Virus record (IMG/VR): IMGVR_UViG_3300036770_003979
Span: 1 to 37,498 of that record
Length of the DNA stretch: 37,498 nt
Reading direction: 5' to 3' (one strand)
From: a virus
Lineage: Duplodnaviria > Caudoviricetes
Below the pieces are notes generated by a model, which saw nothing but the letters and a program-made list of their open reading frames with translations, did no database searches and had not been told where the DNA came from. The translations under genes and the position numbers were made by a program. Below are positions 1-9,925 of this stretch, one piece after another. How positions within the stretch are numbered: the stretch's first letter is position 1; each line of letters opens with the position of its first letter.

Positions 1-1138
1 TTCTTAGAACTTCATCAATTGGTATATCGTAAAGTCTACGTGTACCAACTATTTTACGTGTACCTGGAATAAGTACTGGATCTAGACCAACAAAAGGCCC
101 GCGTGGGCCGGGTGGTTCAGCCGGTGGTCTTGGTGTAAACGTTCTCTCTGTTACACAGTAATCAGGCTGCTTACCAAGATTACAAGTTCTAGCCCAATAA
201 TCCGCAACGGTGTTTATATCAGCTTTTGGTTGAGCCAATCCAGGTCTTACAGATTGAGTTGGATCTTGTAAGTTAGAAACAACAGCTACAAGATCAATTG
301 TTCCACTGGAAGAGGTGTCTGGTACTATTACCGTTTCACCGTTTGCTGCAGTCTGTTTTATAAATCTAGGAGCACTCTTGACTCCAACACTTGCCTGCTC
401 GATAATTGCTTGTCTTAGTCTTTCTGTTGTTATTCTAGTACCACGAGTTCTACGAGTACCAACTACACCATTTTCTACAGCATTGGTATCCGTTTCGTTG
501 AATTCATCAACGTATGATGATATATCAATGTATCCGAGTAGTTCTGGCGTATATGAAAATGAACTCAGGTTATTCGCGTCAACACCAAACAATCTTGCAT
601 TTCCAGATGGATAACATGTTCTGTAGATTGGCAACAGTATTCTACATCCTGCCTCACCTGGTCGTTTTGAAAATTCAGGACAACCAAATGAGTATCGATA
701 ATCACAAGTTGGTTCGTTATTGATGATAACAGGGGGTGGTGGGGGTACTGGTGGGAAAGTGATGTCATCTATAATTCTAGTCCCGCCTGATAAATCAGTA
801 CCACCCCGTTGAGGTGCTAAGTCAGGATTGGTTCTACCACCAACACTGGCGTCCACTGGATTTGGTGTGACGATATTACGTCTACCAGTTATATCTACAA
901 GTTGACTTCCAGCATTTAGAGTTGGGGAGTCTACAAATGTAAGTGCCTGAGTAAGATTTCTAGCGGCTACAGCACTTTCAAGTGCAATACCCTCAGAGTT
1001 GGCAAGTGATTGTTCAGGAGATATACCAAATCTTTGAACAAACTCGTTACGAATGAGTCCAGCTGTAATTGTATCACCCCTTTGGAGCGCTGACTCATAA
1101 TCTCTTCTAAGTGACAATTCTGAAAATGTTGTTGCCAT
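1..1138 (-). CDS. Hypothetical, probably virion-associated, Pro/Cys-containing protein (3'-truncated by window edge, at least 379 aa)
   Basis: Not in the ORF track. ATG at 1138 (MATTFSELSLRRDYESALQRG...) stays open to the window start. It begins 11 nt after the stop of the 1150-2214 gene, on the same strand as the structural operon. Confidence 0.85.
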   Translation of the reverse strand, partial: MATTFSELSLRRDYESALQRGDTITAGLIRNEFVQRFGISPEQSLANSEGIALESAVAARNLTQALTFVDSPTLNAGSQLVDITGRRNIVTPNPVDASVGGRTNPDLAPQRGGTDLSGGTRIIDDITFPPVPPPPPVIINNEPTCDYRYSFGCPEFSKRPGEAGCRILLPIYRTCYPSGNARLFGVDANNLSSFSYTPELLGYIDISSYVDEFNETDTNAVENGVVGTRRTRGTRITTERLRQAIIEQASVGVKSAPRFIKQTAANGETVIVPDTSSSGTIDLVAVVSNLQDPTQSVRPGLAQPKADINTVADYWARTCNLGKQPDYCVTERTFTPRPPAEPPGPRGPFVGLDPVLIPGTRKIVGTRRLYDIPIDEVLR

Positions 1139-1149
1139 ATGCGTTTATC

Positions 1150-2214
1150 TCAATAATCTAGTTTAACTTTTATAACCAACTCTCTATCAAATGACTTCTT
1201 TACAGGTTTACTTAGTTTTGCAACCGCAAGCAATTCCTGATTATCGTCATACAAACCAATCGTAGTAACATAAACCTGTGGATCACGCACCATTGAATCA
1301 TATTTCACTACACCCGAACTACCACTAATAAAGCTATCATTCGTTGTATAGTTGTACTCACCATTGAACAGTCGTACAAAATAGTATGTTGAAGACATTA
1401 CTTCACTTGTTCTACCTTGAAATGACCATGATACATCAGCCGCCATAGCTCCACTTATAGCAGTGAATAACTTGAAGGCGTTATCAAATCCACTTCCAGT
1501 CGCAGGAACACGTTCTGTATTGAATGAAGCAGATGCATCAAGTGCCTGTCCATTCAATACTATAACACCGCGGTCTGGATAGAATAATCCCCACGGTGTT
1601 GTGTCTGATGTGTAAATACCGTTCGCGATAGAACCACTTCTAACATTGAAAACTCTACCACCTAATTGTGCTAAGTCAGTTGTTGATGCCGAAGAATCAT
1701 CTATCAATGTGATGTAGTTATCTCCTGAACCCGAAAATGAAAGTTGCCATGTCTTTGTATCCATTCTATCTTTGAATCTGGCTCGGTTTACGTTTACAAC
1801 GTATATGTATTCGGATGTCTCACCACCAGAGAACGTAAATAAGGTATCGCCGGCATTCAAAAGCATCTGTCTATATTGCGAGTACACCGCCTTTGTAGGA
1901 AAGTCATATAGATTCTGAGCACCCGAACCAGTGGATGAACCACTCCCTACAGAATCACCATAAGCAATGCTAAACTGAGACTCGGCACCTTGTAAGTTTG
2001 ATTGGCTATTGTAAACTTCGTAGTAATATCTCTTCTGATTAGTAGACTGAGCAGAGCTGGTATAAATAGCTGTCAGTGCTGCTTGACTCTTAGACCAGAG
2101 CGGAGCTGATACCACTTCCTTTTGATTTGGAGCCACATCTATGTCATCCACGAAAGGAGTAAAGGTTTTACCGTTTCTAAGGCTTTTACGTATTAGAATT
2201 TGTTCTTGTGTCAT
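1150..2214 (-). CDS. Tail/baseplate structural protein (paralog of 2220-3326)
   Basis: C-terminal YVTTIGLYDDNQELLAVAKLSKPVKK resembles the xGLYDxxGxLxAxAK motif of tail-fibre/baseplate attachment domains; Ser/Gly-rich; lies in the structural operon. Confidence 0.6.
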   Translation of the reverse strand: MTQEQILIRKSLRNGKTFTPFVDDIDVAPNQKEVVSAPLWSKSQAALTAIYTSSAQSTNQKRYYYEVYNSQSNLQGAESQFSIAYGDSVGSGSSTGSGAQNLYDFPTKAVYSQYRQMLLNAGDTLFTFSGGETSEYIYVVNVNRARFKDRMDTKTWQLSFSGSGDNYITLIDDSSASTTDLAQLGGRVFNVRSGSIANGIYTSDTTPWGLFYPDRGVIVLNGQALDASASFNTERVPATGSGFDNAFKLFTAISGAMAADVSWSFQGRTSEVMSSTYYFVRLFNGEYNYTTNDSFISGSSGVVKYDSMVRDPQVYVTTIGLYDDNQELLAVAKLSKPVKKSFDRELVIKVKLDY

Positions 2215-2219
2215 AACTT

Positions 2220-3326
2220 TTAGTACTCTAATTTCACAGTAACTGATAATTCACTATTGAATGATTTTTGAAGTGGTTTACTCATTTTTGCGATAGCAAG
2301 CAGATCACCACTGTCATTGTAAAGTCCGATAGATGTTATGTATGTGATCGGTTCATTTGTGAAGCTTGTATTAGCAACAACGGCGGAACTACCACTTACA
2401 TATGTAGGATTATTACTGTAGTTGAATTCAGTATTGGATATTCTTACGAAGTAAAAATCTTGTTGTTTTACATCAACGGCTCTAGCTGTAAATCCAAAGT
2501 CTTTTGTTGCAGATCCACTTATAGATGTGAATAACTTGAATGAGTTGTCACCAGCGATGTTACTACCACTAACGGTATTGAATGACGCGGAGATGTTCAA
2601 CACATCAGCAGAGACAATGATTGTTCCGAGGTCAGCATAAACAAGTCCGTAATAGTGTGGGGCAGATGGATTATGTATACCATCGGCTAAACTACCACTT
2701 ACAAGATTTCTAACAGGAGAAGGTATACCATTATAACCCAAAGCGTCAGTCTTATCTGCAGAATCATCAATAAGCTTGATAATCTTTGGATTAGAACCTG
2801 AAACTTCAACTGCACTTCCAGTGTGTGCTGAATTTATCTTCCCACTACCACTAAGTTCGGCTAGACATAGTTCAAAATTACCCAAGTCAATTTTATCACC
2901 GACTTTACTTCTGTTGAAGTTGATAGCATAAAAATCATAAAGTGTTGTTGCAGCTTCATCACCCAAACTAAACAAAGTTTGAGTCGGTTCTAAACAAAGT
3001 AGTCTATACTGTGAATAGATAGCTTTCGATGGTGTATCACTTGCCTCCCCACCTTGTGATAGTGAACCCGATCCAGCATAGTGTCCATATGCAACGGAAA
3101 ACACTTGAGCATCTTCACAATCTAAAGAAGCAGAACTCCATACAGCATAGTAATATTCACGAGATGAAGTAGTCTGGGTTGAACTTGTGAAGAAAGTCAA
3201 TAATTCACCTGTTCCAGCCGACCATAGTCCACGGGTTTCGATTACCTTTTCAGCTGCCGTCATCGGCATTCCAGATTGATCTAGTGGTCTTTGAACAGGT
3301 CTAAAAATTCTTGAATTATTCGCCAT
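2220..3326 (-). CDS. Tail/baseplate structural protein (paralog of 1150-2214)
   Basis: Shares LWS, FSxAYG, KAxYSQYR, LIDDS, SASFNT, FKLFT and YITSIGLYNDSGDLLAIAKMSKP...KLEY blocks with the neighbouring gene. Confidence 0.6.
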   Translation of the reverse strand: MANNSRIFRPVQRPLDQSGMPMTAAEKVIETRGLWSAGTGELLTFFTSSTQTTSSREYYYAVWSSASLDCEDAQVFSVAYGHYAGSGSLSQGGEASDTPSKAIYSQYRLLCLEPTQTLFSLGDEAATTLYDFYAINFNRSKVGDKIDLGNFELCLAELSGSGKINSAHTGSAVEVSGSNPKIIKLIDDSADKTDALGYNGIPSPVRNLVSGSLADGIHNPSAPHYYGLVYADLGTIIVSADVLNISASFNTVSGSNIAGDNSFKLFTSISGSATKDFGFTARAVDVKQQDFYFVRISNTEFNYSNNPTYVSGSSAVVANTSFTNEPITYITSIGLYNDSGDLLAIAKMSKPLQKSFNSELSVTVKLEY

Positions 3327-3368
3327 ATTTTGTTCCTATCATTTAGTTGAATCTATAACAGTCGTGAC

Positions 3369-4064
3369 TTATGGTGCAGTTTGAGTTGGTGGTGTTACCG
3401 TAACGTCGATTACGATACGTCCGCCAGTTTCATTTGCTGTGATGATAACCTTTGTTGTCTTTTGTGTAGCAATAAGTCTTGCCTGACTATTTGGCTCAAC
3501 ACGGAAAGTTTTACCAACAACCGAGACAGAGTTCGCTGTCTCTGCATCACCAGCCATTGAAGCCTGTGGAGCAGAAGAAAGTCCTGCAATTTGACCACCA
3601 TTAGCAACCTTTAGTGTAAAGTATGTACTGTCAAGAAGTGTTGCGGTGTAACCAAGTGTAGCATTCAAACTTGCTTCGTTTATGTTGTTACCACCCTTGT
3701 AACGAGTTTCCGGTACAATGTTAGGTTCAATACTCGAAGCATCTGTTGCGTTCACAGTAATAGATGTACTACCAACTGTTACAAATGGAATAGCAGTCGT
3801 ACCCTTAGGCAGGGTAATTAGCTTATACTTCATGGATTGAGTTTCATCAGGTACTGCCTCTGTTACCGGCATACTTTCGATTACAACACCATAATAATCA
3901 GAACCGAGTGGATGTGCTGGATTCCATAGATCATAATCTACTTCATCATCGGCTAAAGCAAATTGTGTAATAGAGAAGTTTTGTCTTCCTTTTGCTAAAA
4001 GTTCACGTCCTTTTTTCGTAAGGATAGCGTCCACTGTAATTGAGGAATTGTCTAAATAACCCAT
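3369..4064 (-). CDS. Phage structural protein (baseplate/tail associated)
   Basis: N-terminus MGYLDNSSITVDAILTKKGRELLA...ITQFALADDEVDY resembles LTxxGxxxxA tail/baseplate N-terminal domains; Thr/Val-rich beta-type C-terminus; AGGAG RBS and late motif upstream. Confidence 0.6.
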   Translation of the reverse strand: MGYLDNSSITVDAILTKKGRELLAKGRQNFSITQFALADDEVDYDLWNPAHPLGSDYYGVVIESMPVTEAVPDETQSMKYKLITLPKGTTAIPFVTVGSTSITVNATDASSIEPNIVPETRYKGGNNINEASLNATLGYTATLLDSTYFTLKVANGGQIAGLSSAPQASMAGDAETANSVSVVGKTFRVEPNSQARLIATQKTTKVIITANETGGRIVIDVTVTPPTQTAP

Positions 4065-4098
4065 TGTTGTTACTCCTTGTTGAATATACTGTTACTCA

Positions 4099-4106
4099 TA
4101 TAAATA
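4099..4106 (-). promoter_or_regulatory. Putative late promoter TATTTATA
   Basis: Intergenic, about 35 nt upstream of the 4064 start; the same 8-mer recurs upstream of other minus-strand genes. Confidence 0.6.
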
Positions 4107-4122
4107 TCAAGTTTTTTGTTTT

Positions 4123-7100
4123 TCATATTCCACTATTTGTGAAATTTTGATTCAAGTTTATCTGATTAGGATCTACTATAAATACTTCTACTACTGGCTT
4201 ACCGTCTGGAGATTCACTTGAATCTACATTTATATCCGGCCCACTCAATTTACACCCATCAAAGCGATGGTCTCGTATTGGTTTTGGTAAGTTATGTGGA
4301 TTCTCAAAACTTGCACTTGTAAATGTATACGAGAAGTAATTTCGTTCATCCATATCTTTGCTACTGGTGTAAGCAAAAACGTACTCACTGTAATAACTAT
4401 CACGTCTAAAAGATTGTGTTGATTCAAATACAGCTTGAGACTTACCTGAGTCATTTCTCTGAACAATCCAACCCGAACCAAATCCTATATCTGGACTTCC
4501 TTCAGAGTAAAATACGTTTTCTCTTTCAAACGTATTGGTGAATGCAGTATCAACAACACCAAATATAGTCGAGACTCCAGTGCCGACTCCAGATGAAATA
4601 CTTCCGAAAACTCTACCATATGTCCTGTTTTGAATCAAACTGGTGTAAGTTGTAAGCAACGAATTTATAGAACCTGTAGTTGTAGTTATGGTCGTTTTGT
4701 AAGGAACAAAAGTATTACGTACAAAATTTGCAAATCCCGTACCACGAGAACTTGTTATTTCTAACTTATACTGTCTTGCAAATCCAGTTGGAATAACTAC
4801 AGTGTCATAGTCTCCAGCAACATTTATATCCTGTGATCCTTCAAACTGTATAGCTATATCGGTTTCACCATCGATTTCTTGATAAGAACTTTCATTCTCG
4901 AAACCAATCAGGATAGTGGCTCTTTTAGAAGATACGGTGGCACTTGGAGTACCAGACGAACTAATCTCGTTTGTTCTAGTTACTGTTTCAGACACCCCGC
5001 TAAAATTCTTCACCAAACGAACTTTTGATCTCTCCAAGATATTTGGTTCAACAACTATACCAAGAATCTCGTTTACACGGGCTGGTAAAGTTTGGCGAAT
5101 TTGATCAAAGATACTAAAGTCAAATTGTGATATTAGACGAATGTAAGCCGTAAAGTCATTTTTATTCGGGTATTTTTGCCAGTACTCTCTCGCAAACCAT
5201 TTTAGTCTTGGATATTCATCTTTGTCTATATTGGAATACTCACCAAAGTAGTCATCTATTGAAGTGTAACCTATTGCCTCGTAGATGTCTTCATTTATTA
5301 TACTCTGAGGCGAAAATGCTACCATGAGCTTATTTGAGTCAACCGAGAACTTATCAAATCTAGATACCTCGGATGAGTAATTGGGGTCTAACCCACCAAG
5401 CAATGATCCAGAGTCTAAACGAACTTTTTCAGCGAAAGGTGTATTGTTTCCTACCGTTGCAACTTCCATGTTGTAGGTTTCAGTTATCGACTCGAAAGCA
5501 TCATAATTGAATCCAATTAGAGATGCGGTTTTTGGAGACGAGTAGAAACTACTCAGTGTTTGATTGGGGTGTGAACTAGCTATACTTGAAGTCAGTGTAG
5601 TATCAAACTCCTGCCAAAACTTGAATTGAGCTTGTAGATCATAGAACGAAGATGTTGAACTATTTCCGTTGTATGCTCTTGGAGCAATAACGTGATTATT
5701 GAAAGAACTTTCTTCAAGTGGAGAAGACCAATATCTCAATTCGAAAATTGAACCCGATAAGATGTTATCAGTTTGAATATTAGATCCAGATCCGATATAC
5801 AGATTTCCATCTGATACCCACGCCTGATTGTAACTACCACTGGTTGTTCCGTTTATAGAAATACTGGCAGATTGTTCTATTACAAGTTTGCCATACTTCG
5901 CTGTTTTTACAAAAACATCGTAAGTTTGATTTGATGACGTTAGGTCATTACTCAGGTTTCTACGGATCATGAGACTTATTGGTACATCATCATAGAAATA
6001 CTGATCGTAGAATGACGCTGAAGTATATGTTGTTCCATCACCTATCCAGAAAGCCAATGTACCTTTACCAAGATCTGTTCCTGAGTTTTTGTCCATTGTT
6101 ACAAACCAATCCACTCGACTTCCCGACTGCTTCTGAAGTAGGGTCTGTGTTGAATTGCCTGTGTAGGTATATCTACTTTCTGGTTCCATTTTCCAACGGA
6201 ATGTTAGAGTGTCTGGATATTGCCATGTGCCAGTTGGACTTGTGACCTTTTCCCACGGAATACTAACATAACTTGCAGTGGTTGGTGTTGGTAAAGAACC
6301 ACGTAGATTTAGATAGTACGTGTGTTTTTCCCACTCTGCTCTTGGAATTATTCCCAAGTCTGCGTTATCCGGCCCACCAAATTCACGAATAGTTAGAATA
6401 GTCTGTGGTATACCATAAGCAGCAAGAAGTGCCTTTATACCACGGGCAGTTCCTTTTGTCTTGTAGATGTATGGAAGATTATTGAAAATACGCCTCCACA
6501 CCTCTTTTGTTCTCTCTTCATATGATTTAGCAAGATACTTGTTTATGGTTGTTTTTCCAGTCCATATTGGTTCGGTACTACCACTTATACCAAGTGCGTA
6601 TTCCCATAAATCTTTTGTCTGAGTTCCATGTGATAACGTCCAACCTAAGTTTCTTGTTGCGTCAAATATAAGATCCTGTGAAATACCATCATTTGGATGT
6701 TCCATTCTTAGGTTCTTCTTCAAAATGTGATCCGTGTACAGATACATAATATCAAAGTGTTGACCTAACATATTGACGAACGTTACGGCCTGGTCGTTAT
6801 CACTATCTTCTCTGATATGATCTGGTAGTGCCTTTGCTAACGTTGTGTAATTTTTTGCATCATAGTCTGTTGCATACTCAAGAAGTGAGTCCAACCAATT
6901 TTCTACAAAAGAAGATGTGTATGAATAGAAATTGAATTTTCCTTCCTTCGTAGCTATGTCATAAACACTAGCAGTTACATCAAGTTCGTATTTTGGATAA
7001 GGTACTATTGATGCGCTTATTTGATACGTGTAGTTGTAACTACCAGTTGAGTTATAGTATAGGTATTTTTCAAATCCATCGAATCCACTTATAACCTTAT

Positions 7101-8151
7101 CCTTCAGTAACTGAATCTTTATACGGTTTGTTGCAACAGATCCTGTTATAGTAGAAAGTGTATTTAGTTCCGACTTGTAGAATTCTATCAACTCCATCTT
7201 GTATGCGAAGTTATCAACACGATCTCTTGCATTAGAATAATAGACAAAGTTCTTGAAGTCTGTATAATCCACATTCAGTGTAACTGGCAAACTAGAACCT
7301 GAAATATATCGGTTTATCAGTTGTTCAGATGTCTGAACATTTTCACTTAGGATTTCCGTCCATGACTTATATTCGGTATCCGATGTAGTCCAGTAATCGT
7401 AATCTACCTCAAAATTTGGCCCTTTTATAAATGGAATCTCTGGCTCAAATTGATCGGGTAAAATGTTTACCGTGTCAATGTACGGCTTCATCAACCGAAC
7501 GGCAACCCAACACGTAAAGAAAATGTCTAAGTCTGGACTAAGTGGTTCATATAGTTTTACATAGAATGAGAATGGGTCTCCATCCGATGTAACGTTTATA
7601 ACATCAACAAGCTTGTTTTCTCCAAAGTTCAAGACTATTGGTGGTATAAAGGTTTTCGGTTTTAGATTCTCAAGGACAAATCTAGCGAGTTGAGCAACCC
7701 CTTGTTCAGAGTTTGGATTCGCAAGTGAAAGTTTTAGCTCCGTTCTATCGTCAGATATTTCGGATATAAACATCTTGTCTTTAGAATCGTATGACCCTAT
7801 AAAGTCACGTAAGAAGTTGTAAACAACTTTGTATTCAGTGGGTGGAACGCTTAGATTTTCAAGATCTCTGTGAATCTGTAGTGACAAACTTGGATAGTCT
7901 TTACCATCAACTAAAGAATACGTATCAATGTTGTATGCTGATTTTACGTAAAACAAGTTTCGTAAAAATACATGGAGTTCTACATTGAATGAATTCTTTC
8001 CAGTAACTGAATCTATAACACTCGGATCAAATTCTGGTACGATCGTTCGCTTTTCTAATAATGCAAGATCTTCAAGTGGAAATGTAATTCCCCTCTTTGG
8101 ATTGTTATCTGCGATTATCTCGTTTATGTTCTTGTATTCAAAGTTTGCCAT
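4123..8151 (-). CDS. Large baseplate wedge-like virion protein with a probable LamG/concanavalin-like beta domain
   Basis: YKTKGTARGIKALLAAYG resembles the KGT motif of P2 gpI/T4 gp7-type wedge proteins; LYIG...LSGSIFELRYW resembles the end of a LamG-like domain; 1342 aa; sits in the baseplate cluster. Confidence 0.55.
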   Translation of the reverse strand: MANFEYKNINEIIADNNPKRGITFPLEDLALLEKRTIVPEFDPSVIDSVTGKNSFNVELHVFLRNLFYVKSAYNIDTYSLVDGKDYPSLSLQIHRDLENLSVPPTEYKVVYNFLRDFIGSYDSKDKMFISEISDDRTELKLSLANPNSEQGVAQLARFVLENLKPKTFIPPIVLNFGENKLVDVINVTSDGDPFSFYVKLYEPLSPDLDIFFTCWVAVRLMKPYIDTVNILPDQFEPEIPFIKGPNFEVDYDYWTTSDTEYKSWTEILSENVQTSEQLINRYISGSSLPVTLNVDYTDFKNFVYYSNARDRVDNFAYKMELIEFYKSELNTLSTITGSVATNRIKIQLLKDKVISGFDGFEKYLYYNSTGSYNYTYQISASIVPYPKYELDVTASVYDIATKEGKFNFYSYTSSFVENWLDSLLEYATDYDAKNYTTLAKALPDHIREDSDNDQAVTFVNMLGQHFDIMYLYTDHILKKNLRMEHPNDGISQDLIFDATRNLGWTLSHGTQTKDLWEYALGISGSTEPIWTGKTTINKYLAKSYEERTKEVWRRIFNNLPYIYKTKGTARGIKALLAAYGIPQTILTIREFGGPDNADLGIIPRAEWEKHTYYLNLRGSLPTPTTASYVSIPWEKVTSPTGTWQYPDTLTFRWKMEPESRYTYTGNSTQTLLQKQSGSRVDWFVTMDKNSGTDLGKGTLAFWIGDGTTYTSASFYDQYFYDDVPISLMIRRNLSNDLTSSNQTYDVFVKTAKYGKLVIEQSASISINGTTSGSYNQAWVSDGNLYIGSGSNIQTDNILSGSIFELRYWSSPLEESSFNNHVIAPRAYNGNSSTSSFYDLQAQFKFWQEFDTTLTSSIASSHPNQTLSSFYSSPKTASLIGFNYDAFESITETYNMEVATVGNNTPFAEKVRLDSGSLLGGLDPNYSSEVSRFDKFSVDSNKLMVAFSPQSIINEDIYEAIGYTSIDDYFGEYSNIDKDEYPRLKWFAREYWQKYPNKNDFTAYIRLISQFDFSIFDQIRQTLPARVNEILGIVVEPNILERSKVRLVKNFSGVSETVTRTNEISSSGTPSATVSSKRATILIGFENESSYQEIDGETDIAIQFEGSQDINVAGDYDTVVIPTGFARQYKLEITSSRGTGFANFVRNTFVPYKTTITTTTGSINSLLTTYTSLIQNRTYGRVFGSISSGVGTGVSTIFGVVDTAFTNTFERENVFYSEGSPDIGFGSGWIVQRNDSGKSQAVFESTQSFRRDSYYSEYVFAYTSSKDMDERNYFSYTFTSASFENPHNLPKPIRDHRFDGCKLSGPDINVDSSESPDGKPVVEVFIVDPNQINLNQNFTNSGI

Positions 8152-8155
8152 TTAT

Positions 8156-9925
8156 TTACCACCCGAATGCTGCACCATTATTCTTGATTTCATCTAGTAT
8201 AGTCAGTATGTTTATTAGTTGATCTTGATCCCTACTTAGTCTTGTTTTTATACCAGTAGCCGCTTGAAATGCCAACGATCTACTACCACCTAAATCATTT
8301 GTGGCTGGAAACTTGGATCCTACTTCCAATGCTATCTTTCTTATAACGGATGTTGCAAATCCACGGACTTGTGCTTGGTCTTCAACCCAAGCATCTAACG
8401 CAGCAACTATAGTGTTATACATACCATTGTTGTTTAGACTTCCATTCACATCATTTAGAATATCATTTACGTTTCTCAAAACTTCTTCGGCAGCCGCTTT
8501 ATCCGCTAAACCAGCAACTATACTCTTTATCTGTGGTTTCAATTCATTATTCCATTTCAGATGTTGTTTTATCTCTTCAGATGGATTGAACGGATTACCC
8601 TTTGCCGGTGGAACAAATACATAAGTTGATTTTGTTGGCTTCTTGGCACCAAGTATGTCCAAAACTCTGACAAACTTAGTGTATGTTGTTTCTGATATAA
8701 CAGTTATCTTGTCCCATTTGTCCAAGATTTGCTTTATCACTTCTGCCGCTGGATTTTCTGGATCTGGCTCAGGTTCCGCCGGTTTTAGAGAATCTGCTAG
8801 ACCACTCACAGCCTTTTCAAAGGCAGCTAATTGTTTAGCGGAAGCTTCCTCCGACTTCTTAGCTTGTGCCTCTATTTGTGTAGCTAGTGCATCGAAAGCA
8901 TCGGTTGTATTTGTTAGTTGTTGTGAAACTCTATCTTCCAATTGTGCCAGTGTAGCATCTATCACCGCATTCAATGCAATGATAGTTTCATCTTTCACCG
9001 CGTTTTCTTCTTCTATTATACTTCTCTCTACTGAGAGTTCGGCTATAATCCTATTCAGGTCATCAAGATCAGAGTCTTTTATGTTTACTAGTTCATTTAT
9101 ATCAGATAGTTGTGTTTGTAGTACCTCCAACCTAGATTGCAATGCAGCAACACTATTCGAATCACTGACTATCAATTGCTTTAGGTTTTCAATAAAATCC
9201 CTATTATCAACTACACCGTCTCCAGTTGCATCAACTGGAAATAGAGTGTCAAACTCTGCTGCACGACGTAGAACATTTTTTTCAGCAGTAATAGCATTTT
9301 CAAGTTGGTCGAACTTCTTATCAACAACATAATTGAAAGATTCAATAGCAAACCGCTCATCCAACAATTCAACTTTAACAACACCTTTATTTCTAAGGTA
9401 GTTATCAAATGAAATTATACGACCCAACTCATCTCGACTAACACCAACAGTTGTGTCTATATCTTGTTGTGTTTTTTTAGTTAGTTCATCTAGTAGTGAA
9501 CGTAAGGATTCTGATGGTAAGACTCCAGTTTCACTTCCTGTTAGCATTTTTCTAACTATGAAATTGAAAAATGGGTCTAAAGGTTGGTTTGTAATTCCTT
9601 CCAAAAGATTAGATGATCTTACTATGTCACCACTATCTATAGCAGCTTGAATTCTCCTCTGCTCAGCTATGTACTTTTTGACATAATCGTAGTCAGTTGA
9701 AGATTTGAAATCTTTGAACTTTTGTAATAACTCATCCTTTGGTTGAAATACTTCACGATTCACACCCAACTTAGTTTCGTATGTGAGTGTAATGTTTTGT
9801 GATTCAAAGTAGTCTATAAATTCCTGAGCGGTTGGAAATTGGAGCGTCGGAAACTGTGCTATCAAGGCCTCAGCTTGAGTCCTTTCAATTCCGTTTTCAA
9901 ACAAAAACTGTTCTATTCGAATCAT
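8156..9925 (-). CDS. Coiled-coil hypothetical protein, probably virion-associated
   Basis: Long heptad-rich region, a DATGDGVVDNRDF Ca-loop-like motif and a PAEPEPDPENP linker; coupled to 9922-11094 by an ATGA overlap. Confidence 0.5.
   Translation of the reverse strand: MIRIEQFLFENGIERTQAEALIAQFPTLQFPTAQEFIDYFESQNITLTYETKLGVNREVFQPKDELLQKFKDFKSSTDYDYVKKYIAEQRRIQAAIDSGDIVRSSNLLEGITNQPLDPFFNFIVRKMLTGSETGVLPSESLRSLLDELTKKTQQDIDTTVGVSRDELGRIISFDNYLRNKGVVKVELLDERFAIESFNYVVDKKFDQLENAITAEKNVLRRAAEFDTLFPVDATGDGVVDNRDFIENLKQLIVSDSNSVAALQSRLEVLQTQLSDINELVNIKDSDLDDLNRIIAELSVERSIIEEENAVKDETIIALNAVIDATLAQLEDRVSQQLTNTTDAFDALATQIEAQAKKSEEASAKQLAAFEKAVSGLADSLKPAEPEPDPENPAAEVIKQILDKWDKITVISETTYTKFVRVLDILGAKKPTKSTYVFVPPAKGNPFNPSEEIKQHLKWNNELKPQIKSIVAGLADKAAAEEVLRNVNDILNDVNGSLNNNGMYNTIVAALDAWVEDQAQVRGFATSVIRKIALEVGSKFPATNDLGGSRSLAFQAATGIKTRLSRDQDQLINILTILDEIKNNGAAFGW

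Noticed and set aside
2061-4184. Additional TATTTATA copies at 2061-2068 and 4177-4184
   Set aside because: Both are inside coding sequence; the first is far from any downstream start and the second is redundant with 4099-4106, so chance in AT-rich DNA is plausible.
8156-9925. 589-aa coiled-coil protein as the tape measure protein
   Set aside because: It is short for a large myovirus, lacks aromatic periodic repeats or TM segments, and is not beside tail tube or chaperone genes.
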